A stretch of 61,204 nucleotides of DNA, from IMG/VR virus record IMGVR_UViG_3300045988_122465; one strand, written 5' to 3'. Within the stretch, counting starts at the first letter, position 1, and each line of letters opens with the position of its first letter. Below, piece after piece: positions 18,201 to 27,149 of this stretch. The notes beneath the pieces are model-generated. The model searched no databases. It saw only the letters and a list, made by a program, of their open reading frames with translations, and was not told the DNA's origin. The translations under genes were made by a program, and so were the position numbers. Origin of the DNA: a virus.

Positions 18201-19202
18201 TCCTGCCGGTAGAAAAGCACGGTTCCCTATTTGCGGAACGGCTGTTGATATATTGATTGAAATTCCTCCCGAAACAACTTTATAAGAACCACCCTTGGCT
18301 GATGAAGCTAAAGCCTTATCAAGCGTCCATTCTGTATAAGAGGGAGTAAAAGGTCCGCTGCCTTCGTTGCTACTAGCGGTATAGTCTTCCTTATACGTAA
18401 CTCGTGACGGAAAGTAGTTTATTTTGAGCGGTCTTGACGTATCGGATATATTACGTCCATTAACCTCTTTTACGTCGAATATCAAATCTTTCCGGTAGCT
18501 GGAAGGAATGTTGCGGGTGGAGCCGAAAGCGTAGATACGGGTCGCATAAGTGGTCTGGCTGTCGCTGCGTGTCATGCTGTTGACATTCACATTTTCTGTG
18601 TCTGTCAAGTCACCGGCTTTGAAATCAACAGGTGAGCTGTATTCGCAACGTCCGAAGCAAATCTTATGATTCTCTATCCACCATTCACACTCCCAAGTCT
18701 CCGCCATCTGTGTGAGAGCGTCGATCAGATTTACGTTGTCATAGGAAACAAGCTTGGAAGTGTTTTTTACCGTACTATCGATGTCCCAAGTAAAATCCAG
18801 ATCCCTGAATTTATAGCCAAGAGCTTTCAGGTTATCCAAAAAGACTTTCAAATGCGTGTCAAGGGTAGCGGTGAGATTCCATGCGGCTTCGCGTCCGGTG
18901 GTTTCCGGTGTATAGAAAAACTTCTTGTTCTTCCATTTCCAGTAATAAGCATCAAGGCGGAGTTCGTAGTCGTATGCACCTGTCGTTGTATTGTAGGTAG
19001 GCTTATACAGGTCTACAAGCTCGAATATTCCCAACTCATTGTCTACGTAGTCACCTAGTTTGAAATAAACCGGATTGAAAAGGCTAAATAGCAAAGTGAT
19101 ATAATCTTCCTGCATCAAAAGGAAGTGTCTTTTCGAACCCTCATTGATAGGAGTCGAAAAGCGAATGTTGCCGGATATGTCTTTGATGTCTACTGATTCC
19201 AT
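15222..19202 (-). CDS. Large tail tip / baseplate hub protein
   Basis: 1326-1339 aa ORF directly after TMP and Dit-like genes (track start 19241 is TTG; ATG at 19202). Confidence 0.65.
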   Translation of the reverse strand: MESVDIKDISGNIRFSTPINEGSKRHFLLMQEDYITLLFSLFNPVYFKLGDYVDNELGIFELVDLYKPTYNTTTGAYDYELRLDAYYWKWKNKKFFYTPETTGREAAWNLTATLDTHLKVFLDNLKALGYKFRDLDFTWDIDSTVKNTSKLVSYDNVNLIDALTQMAETWECEWWIENHKICFGRCEYSSPVDFKAGDLTDTENVNVNSMTRSDSQTTYATRIYAFGSTRNIPSSYRKDLIFDVKEVNGRNISDTSRPLKINYFPSRVTYKEDYTASSNEGSGPFTPSYTEWTLDKALASSAKGGSYKVVSGGISINISTAVPQIGNRAFLPAGDYILKASYIYNVSGESKEVIIGNQTVSLAQNQQYEIVSKIQVSDTLVIDKNSSDLKVRVYVHVPAPASSELLSTFQAYVTYDINVYGGSSATTSVTFLSGANAGQTFAAVYNPDLLTGDAANIIQLPEGVTASLGNRYTINNIISGKVPDNYFSKDDKEMTLNGVVQKRLMLPEGISYVDAYKYSPTGERINIGDERYNDPDNVEMPEEEAIEEIVIFEDEYPQYKGTISSVSHDDKVDDNDKEYRIYNFKDTGLKNFTEDFRLDGEELHMIFQTGKLAGMDFAINIVESDNTGTTFEIVRNEDYGRFLPDDVLYPQTAHMEDGEEVPADTYILYGFDTAYISEQMLPDAEQDLLKKAKEYVKKSMIDPSTYDCEMDADFIYNKGNIRTYEVGAKVNLINKAFFPEGRQSRIIGFEWPLDIPYDHPIYTVGETASYSRIGEIESKLDSLTYKGQTYSGSAVGGGGTSVYVIGVNDKTIPSDRNVFSAKRSLATFLNKAQEETMEFLIKLLGGVITDNIESQNFILGALGSGFLIKRDPKTGRSYIEVDELYVRLKAIFESLTIKELQSVGGEVLLTLASIECTKVEKISEALLYDANGFRLYDVDGKALLSSIATGGVYRCYFTTDDGEKAIINQFAAGDMAQCRQFNIKEGVYENASNRYYWRYVLAVGENYIDLSVDDCAEGSDIPQAGDKIIQLGNRTDPARQNAILLSAYGLTAPTIQMLQGIDSYSLDGKAVKEEGFDQETQQFYSNTYGRSYTGTRDKGSFIQFDPVTGLKIHGAEIDVSTDNFTIKDRDGNQIAVFEIGEDGKPRLKADNINADELLSNGEKWALKKDGSGFLASKNLFWDELGNLNLLASLSLPYKIFQINTDSTPTPMDLSKGRYFVARYGNIYSDQIIELPIPSPEYNGSEIRIYSGFMTTRSSRSSFDLTIKENGIFFYPGYIPITGSPMQISKVRVSDKEIVLRCISFGDFSFWYIQNYKDFANEDFNPS

Positions 19203-19258
19203 AACACACCAAAGTTCGGAGATAAAAGAAAGAGTACCCAATTTTGGGCACTCGCATA

Positions 19259-19282
19259 TACGACAATGAAATCAATGTCGTA
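19259..19282. promoter_or_regulatory. Hairpin TACGACA-N10-TGTCGTA (related to 30363 and 40667)
   Basis: Intergenic between the Dit-like and hub genes. Confidence 0.35.
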
Positions 19283-19284
19283 AA

Positions 19285-19707
19285 TTAGGTCCTTAAACTC
19301 GGGTTTGGTTCACAAAACTTCATTGAGCATTTACCAAAAGTTCTGTCTAAACTCTGCGCATAGGTGATACTTTTACCTAAATAAATCAAGTGATAAATGT
19401 CACTGCTGTTAGCTGGAATCTGAATATCAATCACACCTTTGTATAATTCTTCAAAAAAAGCCCTTTTTTTTGCTTGATAATCAGATTTAGAATTGCCTTC
19501 TATGGTAAAAGAGAGCGTTATTTCCCGTTCATCAATTTTGGGATTATTAATTATTACACGTTTTCCATGTTCTAATCGGGATTTATTTTCAATAAATTCT
19601 TTCATAGGTAATGATGCACCAAGTACATCAAGGAATTTATCTCCCATTCTTACACCCCAAGTCTTGTAAGCATCTCTACCATTTATTAATAAATATGCCA
19701 TAACCAT
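19285..19707 (-). CDS. Distal tail protein (Dit)-like
   Basis: 140 aa, immediately downstream of the tape measure gene. Confidence 0.45.
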   Translation of the reverse strand: MVMAYLLINGRDAYKTWGVRMGDKFLDVLGASLPMKEFIENKSRLEHGKRVIINNPKIDEREITLSFTIEGNSKSDYQAKKRAFFEELYKGVIDIQIPANSSDIYHLIYLGKSITYAQSLDRTFGKCSMKFCEPNPSLRT

Positions 19708-22700
19708 TTATTTTGTTGATAATCCTTTGGTATTGTTTTTAACTTCCGCCATATCCTTCTGCATTTGCTGGATGGGTTTTATTATTGCTCCGGTATTTTC
19801 GGAGATTTGAACAAGTTCGAGATATGAACTTGCTATCAAATCACGTGTGTCATCGGCTATATTTCTCGTTTCCGTATTTATGGAAATAAGTGTATCCGCT
19901 TTCATCGTTAGAATATTTAATGATTGGGATTGAGTTATACTTTGATTCTTAATTTCTTCTCCGGCTATTTGCAAGGCGGTGAAACGCCCGTTAAGCTCGT
20001 CGATTGAATCCTGTGACGCAGTGGCAAAGCCTTTCTTTGAAGCTTCTTGGGATGAAGAGGAAGAACCACCAACAATGGCATCAATATTCTTTGCTTCTTC
20101 TGTAGCAGCTTTTATAATATCATTCCAATCTTTTCTAAGATCGCTTATCTCTTCTGCTGTTAAATCAAGTTTTCCGTTTTCGTCACTATCAGCCAAAAGG
20201 GTATATTTTTTATAAAATTCTTGTGCTTTACCTCTTAGTTGATCTATTACAAACGACTGCAATAAGGCGTTGCGCATTATCTCTTCAAAATCTTCTCCAA
20301 AATCTGCGATTCCTCTTTTTCCTCCTTTTAGTCCTTCCAGTATTGCTTCTTCGATACCTTTTGAAGTGGTTTGAAATAAATCCTCATTTAAAGTCTCTTC
20401 TAGTTCCTTAGTCTGGTCGTTGAGCTCTACAAATTTGTCAATAGCTTGTTGCATCCATTCCGGTAACTTAGACCAGATGTCGGCATTGCTTTTCATCGCC
20501 CAAATCGCTTCCTCTGATATGAGTTTGTTTTGTAGATCATATCCTCCATTAGCTTGTATGAAATCAAATATTTCTTTAGCTTGCGGACCTCCGAAGGCAT
20601 ATTCAGTCATTTTGCCAGCAAACTTACCACTTTTAAAAAGTTGAGCAAGCCCAAATGTTACAGCATCAACATCACCAACAGGCATAGATTTAACTATGTC
20701 TTTGTATGCCTTTTCTCTAGCTTTTTCAAGAGTTGTTAATGATTGGGTAGCTGTTGCAAAATAATCATTTCCTGCGGCTTCTTTGAGCAACTCCAGATAA
20801 CGTTCGGTTTGGTAGTTGATAGAATCCCAATATCCTTCCTGTCTACGTTGATATTCAATATTTCTTTCTTGTTCGGCTTTTGTAGAATCAAAAGCATTCA
20901 TTACAGTACCCACTAACGTAGTTATGATCCCAATAATTCCGCTAATGCCTTTCACTGTGTCACCGGCGGACTTTTCACCAGTTTTGCCGAATACTTCGAA
21001 TGCAGTAATACCGTCATTTATAACATCTACTGCTTTTTGGATGCCTTCTCCCAGTTCATCAGAAAAAGTCGTTCCAAGAGAAGATAGAGAAGCCCCTAAT
21101 GTTGAAATATTACTCTTTATAGATTCGCTAGCTTGTTCCACATTACTCCATGAAGTAAAGGCTCCCTGTTTATCCCCTTTCTTTATTGCTTTCTGATACT
21201 TTTCATATTCTTCTTTCAATGTCTTGAAAGGATTGCGAGCTATAAGGTTTTGACGAGCATTATTTATGGTATCCATCATAGCTTTCATATCTGTAGCCGA
21301 CAAGTTTGTAGTCTTGACAAGTTGTTCAGCATCAGATAATAATTTTTCAAGTGTATCTGTAGGTAATGCATCAACGTCTCCCATTAACATTTTCCAAATG
21401 CCAGAATCTTCGATTTCGCTTTTTGAAATAGAATCTATAGTTTTCTTGCGCTGTTTTTCTAGTTCTTTTAGGGCATCTTCATATTGTTTCTTTTCAGAAT
21501 CGCTTTTAGCTTTTGCTAATCCGTCCCTAAGTTTCTTTTCATCGTCTTGATACTGCTTCTCTATAGCTATGCGTTGAGCTGAATAATCACGATATTTATC
21601 TAGTATGGAATTTAATTCCTTACTTACATCGGCTATATCTTTCTCTCTTTTATTTTCAGCATTGGTATAACGAGCGGAAATTTCAATAGACTGCTCCGAA
21701 GTCAACTTTCCACCCTGTCTTTCACTCAAATCTTTTTCTTGTTTCTTGATGGCGTCAAGTTCTTTTTGATAGTCAAGGTCAATCTGTTTTAGCTTTTTCT
21801 CTGTGCCTTCCTTCATAAGATCTATTTCCGCCTGTTGATTTTGGCGACGGAGAGACAGAAGCTCTTCGGCTGATTTTTGTTGGTCTTTTTTTTGCTTGTC
21901 AGCCTCTTTTCCTGATTTTGAATCCGAATACTTATCTATTTGCTTTTGTGCTTCTTGTATTTGTTTGGTATATTTATTCCATTCTTCTGAATTCTTTTTA
22001 GAAACATCCAAGGCATTACGAGCGTCCTCTGCTTGTTTTTTCTTGTGCTCCCAATACTCTTTATTTCGTATTTCCTCCTTTTCATCCTCTTGCTTTTTCT
22101 TTTTATTGGCTTCTGACTGGATTTTCAACAGGTCATCTACATATTTTTGAGCAACTTCTTGTTCAGCTTTAGCTTCTGATAGCTGTGACTCATATTGCCC
22201 GTAATATGTACCTCTTTTAGAATCTTCAGCAATCAAGGCATTTATATTATTAACCTTGTTTTGAGCCATCACAAGCCTTGTTTTTGCACCTATACGCTCA
22301 CGTCTATTAATTTCTTCAGAGATTTGCTTATTTACAGAGAGTATGTCTAATAATTTCAATTTCTCAATATCCATATTTGAGAAAACGGTTGGCATAAGAG
22401 ATTGTAATTGCTTATAAGCCCTTATCTTATCAAATTGACTAGCACTTTCATTTTTAATAATAGAAACTAATGAATTAACTTTTCCTTTAAGTTCATCTAA
22501 TTGTTGCTTTTGGATGTCTATTGTGTTATTTAATTGTTTTTCCGCTCTTTCTGTTGCTGTAGTAGAATCATGTAAGGCCCACATTGCTACACCCAACCCA
22601 ACAACTACTGTAGCTAATGCCACATAAGGATTGGTTAACATGACTGCATTCAAAGCTAGTTGTGCTTTTCGTGCTAATATGCGGGCGTTAGTAAGTCCAA

Positions 22701-24036
22701 TTTCCACAAGTGTATGTTTGCTTTCGGCAGCAGTAACAAGCATCACTGCGGTCCGGTATGTACCATAAGTAACCACTAATCCAGCCAAGACCTTACCTAC
22801 TGTTTCATAATTCTGAATCAACGAAGTTGTCATTTGAATACCGTCCATGATAACACTTTCCGACTTTGTTCCCAATTCGTTAAACACGGAATCCAAAGCA
22901 TCCTGCATCATAGACAACTGACCATTGATAGTCTTTGAAGCATTCTCAGACATATTATAGAACTTACCACCTGCGGAAGTTGCATCAATGAATGCCTGTT
23001 GAACCATTTCAGCGGAAACAGCACCTTTGGACATTTCATCTTTCAAAGTTGCGATAGATTTTCCAGTCTTTTCGGAGATAATCTGTAACGGGTTGAATCC
23101 AGCGTTTATCATTTGATTCAAATCCTGCCCCATAAGTTTACCCGCTGCTGACATCTGTGAAAATGCCAAAGTTAGCGAATTGAACTTACTGGATTCCCCC
23201 ATAGAAATATCACTAATGGCTTTCAAGTATTTGATAGTGTCTTCTGCTTGTATGTTAAATCCAAGCATCATCTTTTCTGCTCCAACCATATCTGACATAG
23301 TAAGTGGAGAAATCTTAGCCAGCTCCTTGATTTGCGGAATCAGTTGCCCTGCCATATCCTTTCCAACCATAGTCTCAATAGCGGTCTGCATGGATTGAAA
23401 TTCGCCACGAACACGAATTATTTCAGAACCTAATGCCTTTAATACTCCAGCACCACCAATAACCGCCAATGCTTTCTTCCAAGAAATTGCAATGCCATTG
23501 TTTTTTTCTACAACCTCTTTGGCATTATCGTTGTAAAGGGCGTATTCGTCACGGAGCTTTTTCACAGAAAGACGAGCTTCAGCTTGTTGCTGGGTAAGTC
23601 CGAACAAAGCTGCCTTTTCTTCATCTAAGGCTTTGCGAGCAGCATTGTATTCTTCCAGCTTACCAGTTGCAGATAGAGGGTTGCGTTTTAGTGTTATGCG
23701 ATACGATTCTCCTAGGCGCTTTACATCAGTTTCAATATCTTTAACTACTGCCTTTTGAGCAATAATCTTTTCTGCGAATCCGTTAACAGATTGAGAGGCA
23801 TCAAAAATTTTCTTTTTAAATCTCATTTCTATTTCAGCTCCGGCTTTAGCAGCATTAGTCACCAGTTCATCCAATCTTTGATTGGATATAGCAAGTTGGG
23901 TATTTAGAGTTTTGAAGGTAGCAGGGGATTGTGTTCCATCCACATTTTTCAACTCCTGCTTTAGTTTAGCTATTTCACTACGAAGTCTTACGACTTCTTC
24001 CCAATCACTTGCGACTTTGAAATATAACTTTGCCAT
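19708..24036 (-). CDS. Tail tape measure protein
   Basis: 1442 aa, extensive coiled-coil/Lys-Glu-rich regions and a central hydrophobic segment; preceded by an overlapping chaperone gene pair. Confidence 0.9.
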   Translation of the reverse strand: MAKLYFKVASDWEEVVRLRSEIAKLKQELKNVDGTQSPATFKTLNTQLAISNQRLDELVTNAAKAGAEIEMRFKKKIFDASQSVNGFAEKIIAQKAVVKDIETDVKRLGESYRITLKRNPLSATGKLEEYNAARKALDEEKAALFGLTQQQAEARLSVKKLRDEYALYNDNAKEVVEKNNGIAISWKKALAVIGGAGVLKALGSEIIRVRGEFQSMQTAIETMVGKDMAGQLIPQIKELAKISPLTMSDMVGAEKMMLGFNIQAEDTIKYLKAISDISMGESSKFNSLTLAFSQMSAAGKLMGQDLNQMINAGFNPLQIISEKTGKSIATLKDEMSKGAVSAEMVQQAFIDATSAGGKFYNMSENASKTINGQLSMMQDALDSVFNELGTKSESVIMDGIQMTTSLIQNYETVGKVLAGLVVTYGTYRTAVMLVTAAESKHTLVEIGLTNARILARKAQLALNAVMLTNPYVALATVVVGLGVAMWALHDSTTATERAEKQLNNTIDIQKQQLDELKGKVNSLVSIIKNESASQFDKIRAYKQLQSLMPTVFSNMDIEKLKLLDILSVNKQISEEINRRERIGAKTRLVMAQNKVNNINALIAEDSKRGTYYGQYESQLSEAKAEQEVAQKYVDDLLKIQSEANKKKKQEDEKEEIRNKEYWEHKKKQAEDARNALDVSKKNSEEWNKYTKQIQEAQKQIDKYSDSKSGKEADKQKKDQQKSAEELLSLRRQNQQAEIDLMKEGTEKKLKQIDLDYQKELDAIKKQEKDLSERQGGKLTSEQSIEISARYTNAENKREKDIADVSKELNSILDKYRDYSAQRIAIEKQYQDDEKKLRDGLAKAKSDSEKKQYEDALKELEKQRKKTIDSISKSEIEDSGIWKMLMGDVDALPTDTLEKLLSDAEQLVKTTNLSATDMKAMMDTINNARQNLIARNPFKTLKEEYEKYQKAIKKGDKQGAFTSWSNVEQASESIKSNISTLGASLSSLGTTFSDELGEGIQKAVDVINDGITAFEVFGKTGEKSAGDTVKGISGIIGIITTLVGTVMNAFDSTKAEQERNIEYQRRQEGYWDSINYQTERYLELLKEAAGNDYFATATQSLTTLEKAREKAYKDIVKSMPVGDVDAVTFGLAQLFKSGKFAGKMTEYAFGGPQAKEIFDFIQANGGYDLQNKLISEEAIWAMKSNADIWSKLPEWMQQAIDKFVELNDQTKELEETLNEDLFQTTSKGIEEAILEGLKGGKRGIADFGEDFEEIMRNALLQSFVIDQLRGKAQEFYKKYTLLADSDENGKLDLTAEEISDLRKDWNDIIKAATEEAKNIDAIVGGSSSSSQEASKKGFATASQDSIDELNGRFTALQIAGEEIKNQSITQSQSLNILTMKADTLISINTETRNIADDTRDLIASSYLELVQISENTGAIIKPIQQMQKDMAEVKNNTKGLSTK

Positions 24037-24038
24037 AC

Positions 24039-24320
24039 TTATTTCTTTTTTCTACGATTTGCTAATTCTTTACCACTGATTTTTTTTACTTTTTGACCGC
24101 TATAAATTGCATGGAGTTTATCTCGTTGCATCATTAAAAGGTTTCTATATGGAATGACTTCAAACACTTCCGTATAGCTTAAATGGAGAGTGTCAACCAA
24201 ATGGGCTATTTGCCCGAAGAACGTTGCGTTTCCTACTGTTTCGGTCTTGCTGCCAGCATCGACACGTTCTTCATCAAGCTGACACACTGAAAAGCCGATA
24301 TATCCATCATAGAGAAACAT
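24039..24320 (-). CDS. Tail assembly chaperone, downstream (-1 frame) ORF
   Basis: Overlaps 24233..24658 by 88 nt in the -1 frame. Confidence 0.55.
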   Translation of the reverse strand: MFLYDGYIGFSVCQLDEERVDAGSKTETVGNATFFGQIAHLVDTLHLSYTEVFEVIPYRNLLMMQRDKLHAIYSGQKVKKISGKELANRRKKK

Positions 24321-24658
24321 ATTTCCAAAACTTCTTTGATTTCATCAAAGGTTCCGTTTTCCAAAGCCTTAGCCATATTCTCATTACCACAAATAAAACA
24401 GGAGATACCTTTCAGCATATCATCTGTGGCTCCGGGAAGTTTCTTGATAGCTTCCATGATGTTGTCACCTGTCATCCCAATATTGGAAAAATGATGAATA
24501 GCACTACAAATAACTTTGATTGTGGGCGGCTTGATTGTATAAACAACTCCACCTATTTCGACATTCTTAAAATCCAGCCCTAAAAGGGCATCAGAAACTA
24601 TTTTTGCTGCTTGATTCATTATTCTAAATTGAAACAAGGGTGAAGCGAATACCACCAC
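24233..24658 (-). CDS. Tail assembly chaperone (G-like)
   Basis: Position between the major tail and TMP genes. Confidence 0.6.
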   Translation of the reverse strand: MVVFASPLFQFRIMNQAAKIVSDALLGLDFKNVEIGGVVYTIKPPTIKVICSAIHHFSNIGMTGDNIMEAIKKLPGATDDMLKGISCFICGNENMAKALENGTFDEIKEVLEICFSMMDISAFQCVSLMKNVSMLAARPKQ

Positions 24659-24696
24659 CTCACCCTTGCTGTTTACAATCGTTTTACCTTAAAATG

Positions 24697-25257
24697 TTAC
24701 GCCACTGGTATCAAGGCTTTGATAGCTTCTTCTTCGTAATTGTATTCAGAAGAAACTCCTTCGATTCCCGGTTCCTGAACCATTCCGCGTACTGCAATGG
24801 CAATTGCTTTGTCCGTATTAGCTTCACGGGAAATGATACGGCATTTCGGGAAAATAAACCATACATCATCATCAGTCAGACAAAACAATGCTTTGTTGAC
24901 GATAACTTTGTCCAAGGCACGCTTCCATCCGACATCTTCAGATGTTGCCTGAATAACATCGCCACCCATGAACGCTTTCTTTGTCTTCCAGTCATACTGT
25001 CCGATAGAGAAAGAAGGGGAGACTTCTCCCGGCACATCATCGTAACGGTAATTTTTTCCTGTTAACTGATTTTTATGTCCAGTGACAGATGCTTCCGTTT
25101 CTTCAATCTGCCAAGTTTCCCCATGCACGTTCAAAACCTCATCTTTCGCCTTAATAGCGGCTTGAATCAAAGTCTTTGCGATTTCGGGGGTAATGTCTGC
25201 CGTTACCTTATCAATGTCGGCAAACAAGATTCTTTTAATTCCTACTGCTGAAATCAT
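24697..25257 (-). CDS. Major tail protein
   Basis: 186 aa, position upstream of the chaperones. Confidence 0.55.
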   Translation of the reverse strand: MISAVGIKRILFADIDKVTADITPEIAKTLIQAAIKAKDEVLNVHGETWQIEETEASVTGHKNQLTGKNYRYDDVPGEVSPSFSIGQYDWKTKKAFMGGDVIQATSEDVGWKRALDKVIVNKALFCLTDDDVWFIFPKCRIISREANTDKAIAIAVRGMVQEPGIEGVSSEYNYEEEAIKALIPVA

Positions 25258-25261
25258 AATT

Positions 25262-25672
25262 TTATAGTTTTACATTTAATACTTCAAATAAAATTCTCAC
25301 ATTCACATAATGACACTTTAAAGCTGTATCCGCTTCTATACTGATAGATTCAATAGAGTAACGATAGGTTGTACCATCATAGGTGCTTACTACATCATCA
25401 AACAGCTTGCCAGCCTTTCTTTCAAGTTCATTCAAACGGATAGTATTCGCTTCATTCTCGCTTAAATCAGGTACACAAAGATTCACTTCTGCGAAAGACT
25501 TCTTCCAATAAGTCCCCGGCTGTTGCTTCTTCGTGTGAATGACAATCCTTTCGGACTTCAATTCACCCGTCAGCGTTTCCCCTGCTGGTGCTATACCTAT
25601 CCCGAAAGCCTTGCAATCCCGATAGAGAATGTTTCCTATGTCAGTAGTTACTATCATTTCACAATCTCCCAA
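25262..25672 (-). CDS. Tail completion / terminator-like protein
   Basis: Position only. Confidence 0.4.
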   Translation of the reverse strand: MGDCEMIVTTDIGNILYRDCKAFGIGIAPAGETLTGELKSERIVIHTKKQQPGTYWKKSFAEVNLCVPDLSENEANTIRLNELERKAGKLFDDVVSTYDGTTYRYSIESISIEADTALKCHYVNVRILFEVLNVKL

Positions 25673-26154
25673 TCTTCTGCAAACACATCACTGATGGATG
25701 GAACCCACGAATCTGCACGTCCGGTATTCTCGTTGTAGATAAGGCATTGGCTTGTATAGTCAATAAAACCCTTGCCTTTCAGAATAAGGTCTTTTGCTGA
25801 TTGCGGAAGAGATTGCATCTTGGGGATAATGTCGCTTTCTATATGAGCCGGAATTTGCTTGATAACAAATAACCCTTTGCCGTTCCAGCCCTTTCTACGG
25901 ATAGCGCCACCTTGTTTCAAAACTTCTATAGCATCACCGAAACAGATAGGGGTTTCTTCCTTGACTTCTCGATATGATTCTTCAAACAGTTCTTTGGGTG
26001 ACCAACTTTCATAGCCATATTCAGTACGAGTGTGATATCCCAGTTTATAAGACTCATTCTCTTCTATTTCACTTTTTACCAAGCCTTTACTGTAAGCTTC
26101 ACCCAATGTCATAGGTTCGGCTTCAATCTGTTTTGTTCCTATATACTTTTTCAT
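25654..26154 (-). CDS. DUF2829 (Tad2-like) domain protein with an extra N-terminal domain
   Basis: FGDAIEVLKQGGAIRRKGWNGKGLFV...SWVPSISDVFAEDWEIV matches the DUF2829 pattern. Confidence 0.6.
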   Translation of the reverse strand: MKKYIGTKQIEAEPMTLGEAYSKGLVKSEIEENESYKLGYHTRTEYGYESWSPKELFEESYREVKEETPICFGDAIEVLKQGGAIRRKGWNGKGLFVIKQIPAHIESDIIPKMQSLPQSAKDLILKGKGFIDYTSQCLIYNENTGRADSWVPSISDVFAEDWEIVK

Positions 26155-26450
26155 TTTTCAAATTCTTCTTTTAATCGTTTCTCCGCATATAGAGCGGCAC
26201 CACTTAAAACATCATACCCTTTAGATTCCACGAATGAGGCGTATTCCGCTTCATTTTTCAGAGTTAAACCGTCTTTATCGACATCGTAATCATTGGACGT
26301 TCTCAAAGTCAATGTATGGTCTTTATAATTGCCGTGTTCCTCTGCATGTTTCACAGCTTCATCACCTACATCAATCATCTTCTTTTCAACTTCCCATTCT
26401 CCTTCATTGAAAAAGGAGTCGACATCGGAAAAATCGAAATCTACATCCAT
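26151..26450 (-). CDS. Hypothetical acidic 99-aa protein
   Basis: ORF track. Confidence 0.5.
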   Translation of the reverse strand: MDVDFDFSDVDSFFNEGEWEVEKKMIDVGDEAVKHAEEHGNYKDHTLTLRTSNDYDVDKDGLTLKNEAEYASFVESKGYDVLSGAALYAEKRLKEEFEK

Positions 26451-26845
26451 AGTTCCGAATAGTTAAAGTGGTTTGTACTCTTAACCGTGTAAACCTCACC
26501 TTGACCTCTCACATCAATATCTTTGGTAATCGAAGTTATAACAAGAGTTCCTTCACCCATATCCGTTGTAGTGGCTTTCAACCCTCTATCCCATATAGCT
26601 CTAACTTCATCCCCTGCCTTGACAGTGATTCTCTTCTCACACACTACATGGTAGTTTGGACGATACACAGAGCCGTTTTCTGACCTAAACTCTTTGGTAG
26701 TGTTATCGTCACAACGGCACTTGCATACCTCCTGCCAGTATTCACCGCCTGTTCCGGGAATGGGTCTGCCGAACTCATCCTTATCCATTGGGGTGATAAC
26801 CTTTATCTGCAATATGTGTGGAGCAAATATCATAAGAAAGTACAT
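26441..26845 (-). CDS. Head-tail joining protein (putative)
   Basis: Position only. Confidence 0.4.
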   Translation of the reverse strand: MYFLMIFAPHILQIKVITPMDKDEFGRPIPGTGGEYWQEVCKCRCDDNTTKEFRSENGSVYRPNYHVVCEKRITVKAGDEVRAIWDRGLKATTTDMGEGTLVITSITKDIDVRGQGEVYTVKSTNHFNYSELWM

Positions 26846-27144
26846 TTAGGCTTGTTACTTAATTCGTCTTTCAATCCGTACTGTTTACACAGAAATGAAT
26901 AGTAGTCCTTAATACCCTGAATGTTCCAAGACATAGAGAAGCCGTTTTCGCTGATTGAAGTGGCACGGAGTAGGAGAGAGGGGATGAACTTCGCAATTGC
27001 CACAGAAACGATATTGTAGGATTCCTTATTCATTTCATCCTCTCCGCTAATCTTCGCGTTCAGACACATATCCAAAAGATCAGTTTCTGATAAGTGAATA
27101 CTGAAAGACTGAAATCTTTGCTGTATGTAGTCATTCACTGTCAT
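26830..27144 (-). CDS. Head-tail connector protein (putative)
   Basis: Position only. Confidence 0.4.
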   Translation of the reverse strand: MTVNDYIQQRFQSFSIHLSETDLLDMCLNAKISGEDEMNKESYNIVSVAIAKFIPSLLLRATSISENGFSMSWNIQGIKDYYSFLCKQYGLKDELSNKPKCTFL

Positions 27145-27149
27145 TTTAA

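Noticed and set aside
10215-19241. Possible diversity-generating retroelement targeting the fibre or tail genes (common in Bacteroides prophages)
   Set aside because: No reverse transcriptase ORF exists anywhere in the window, and I saw no template/variable repeat pair near the 3' ends of the fibre genes.
20800-20815. AACGTTCGG resembling the Bacteroides invertase recognition consensus (ARACGTWCGT)
   Set aside because: It is an imperfect match and a single copy, lies inside the tape measure coding sequence, and has no inverted partner flanking a promoter.
19979-23398. Many 60-95-aa plus-strand ORFs inside the tape measure gene
   Set aside because: They are low-complexity Ser/Phe/Leu-rich antisense translations of a Lys/Glu-rich coiled-coil gene. 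They have no start context and overlap a 1442-aa ORF.
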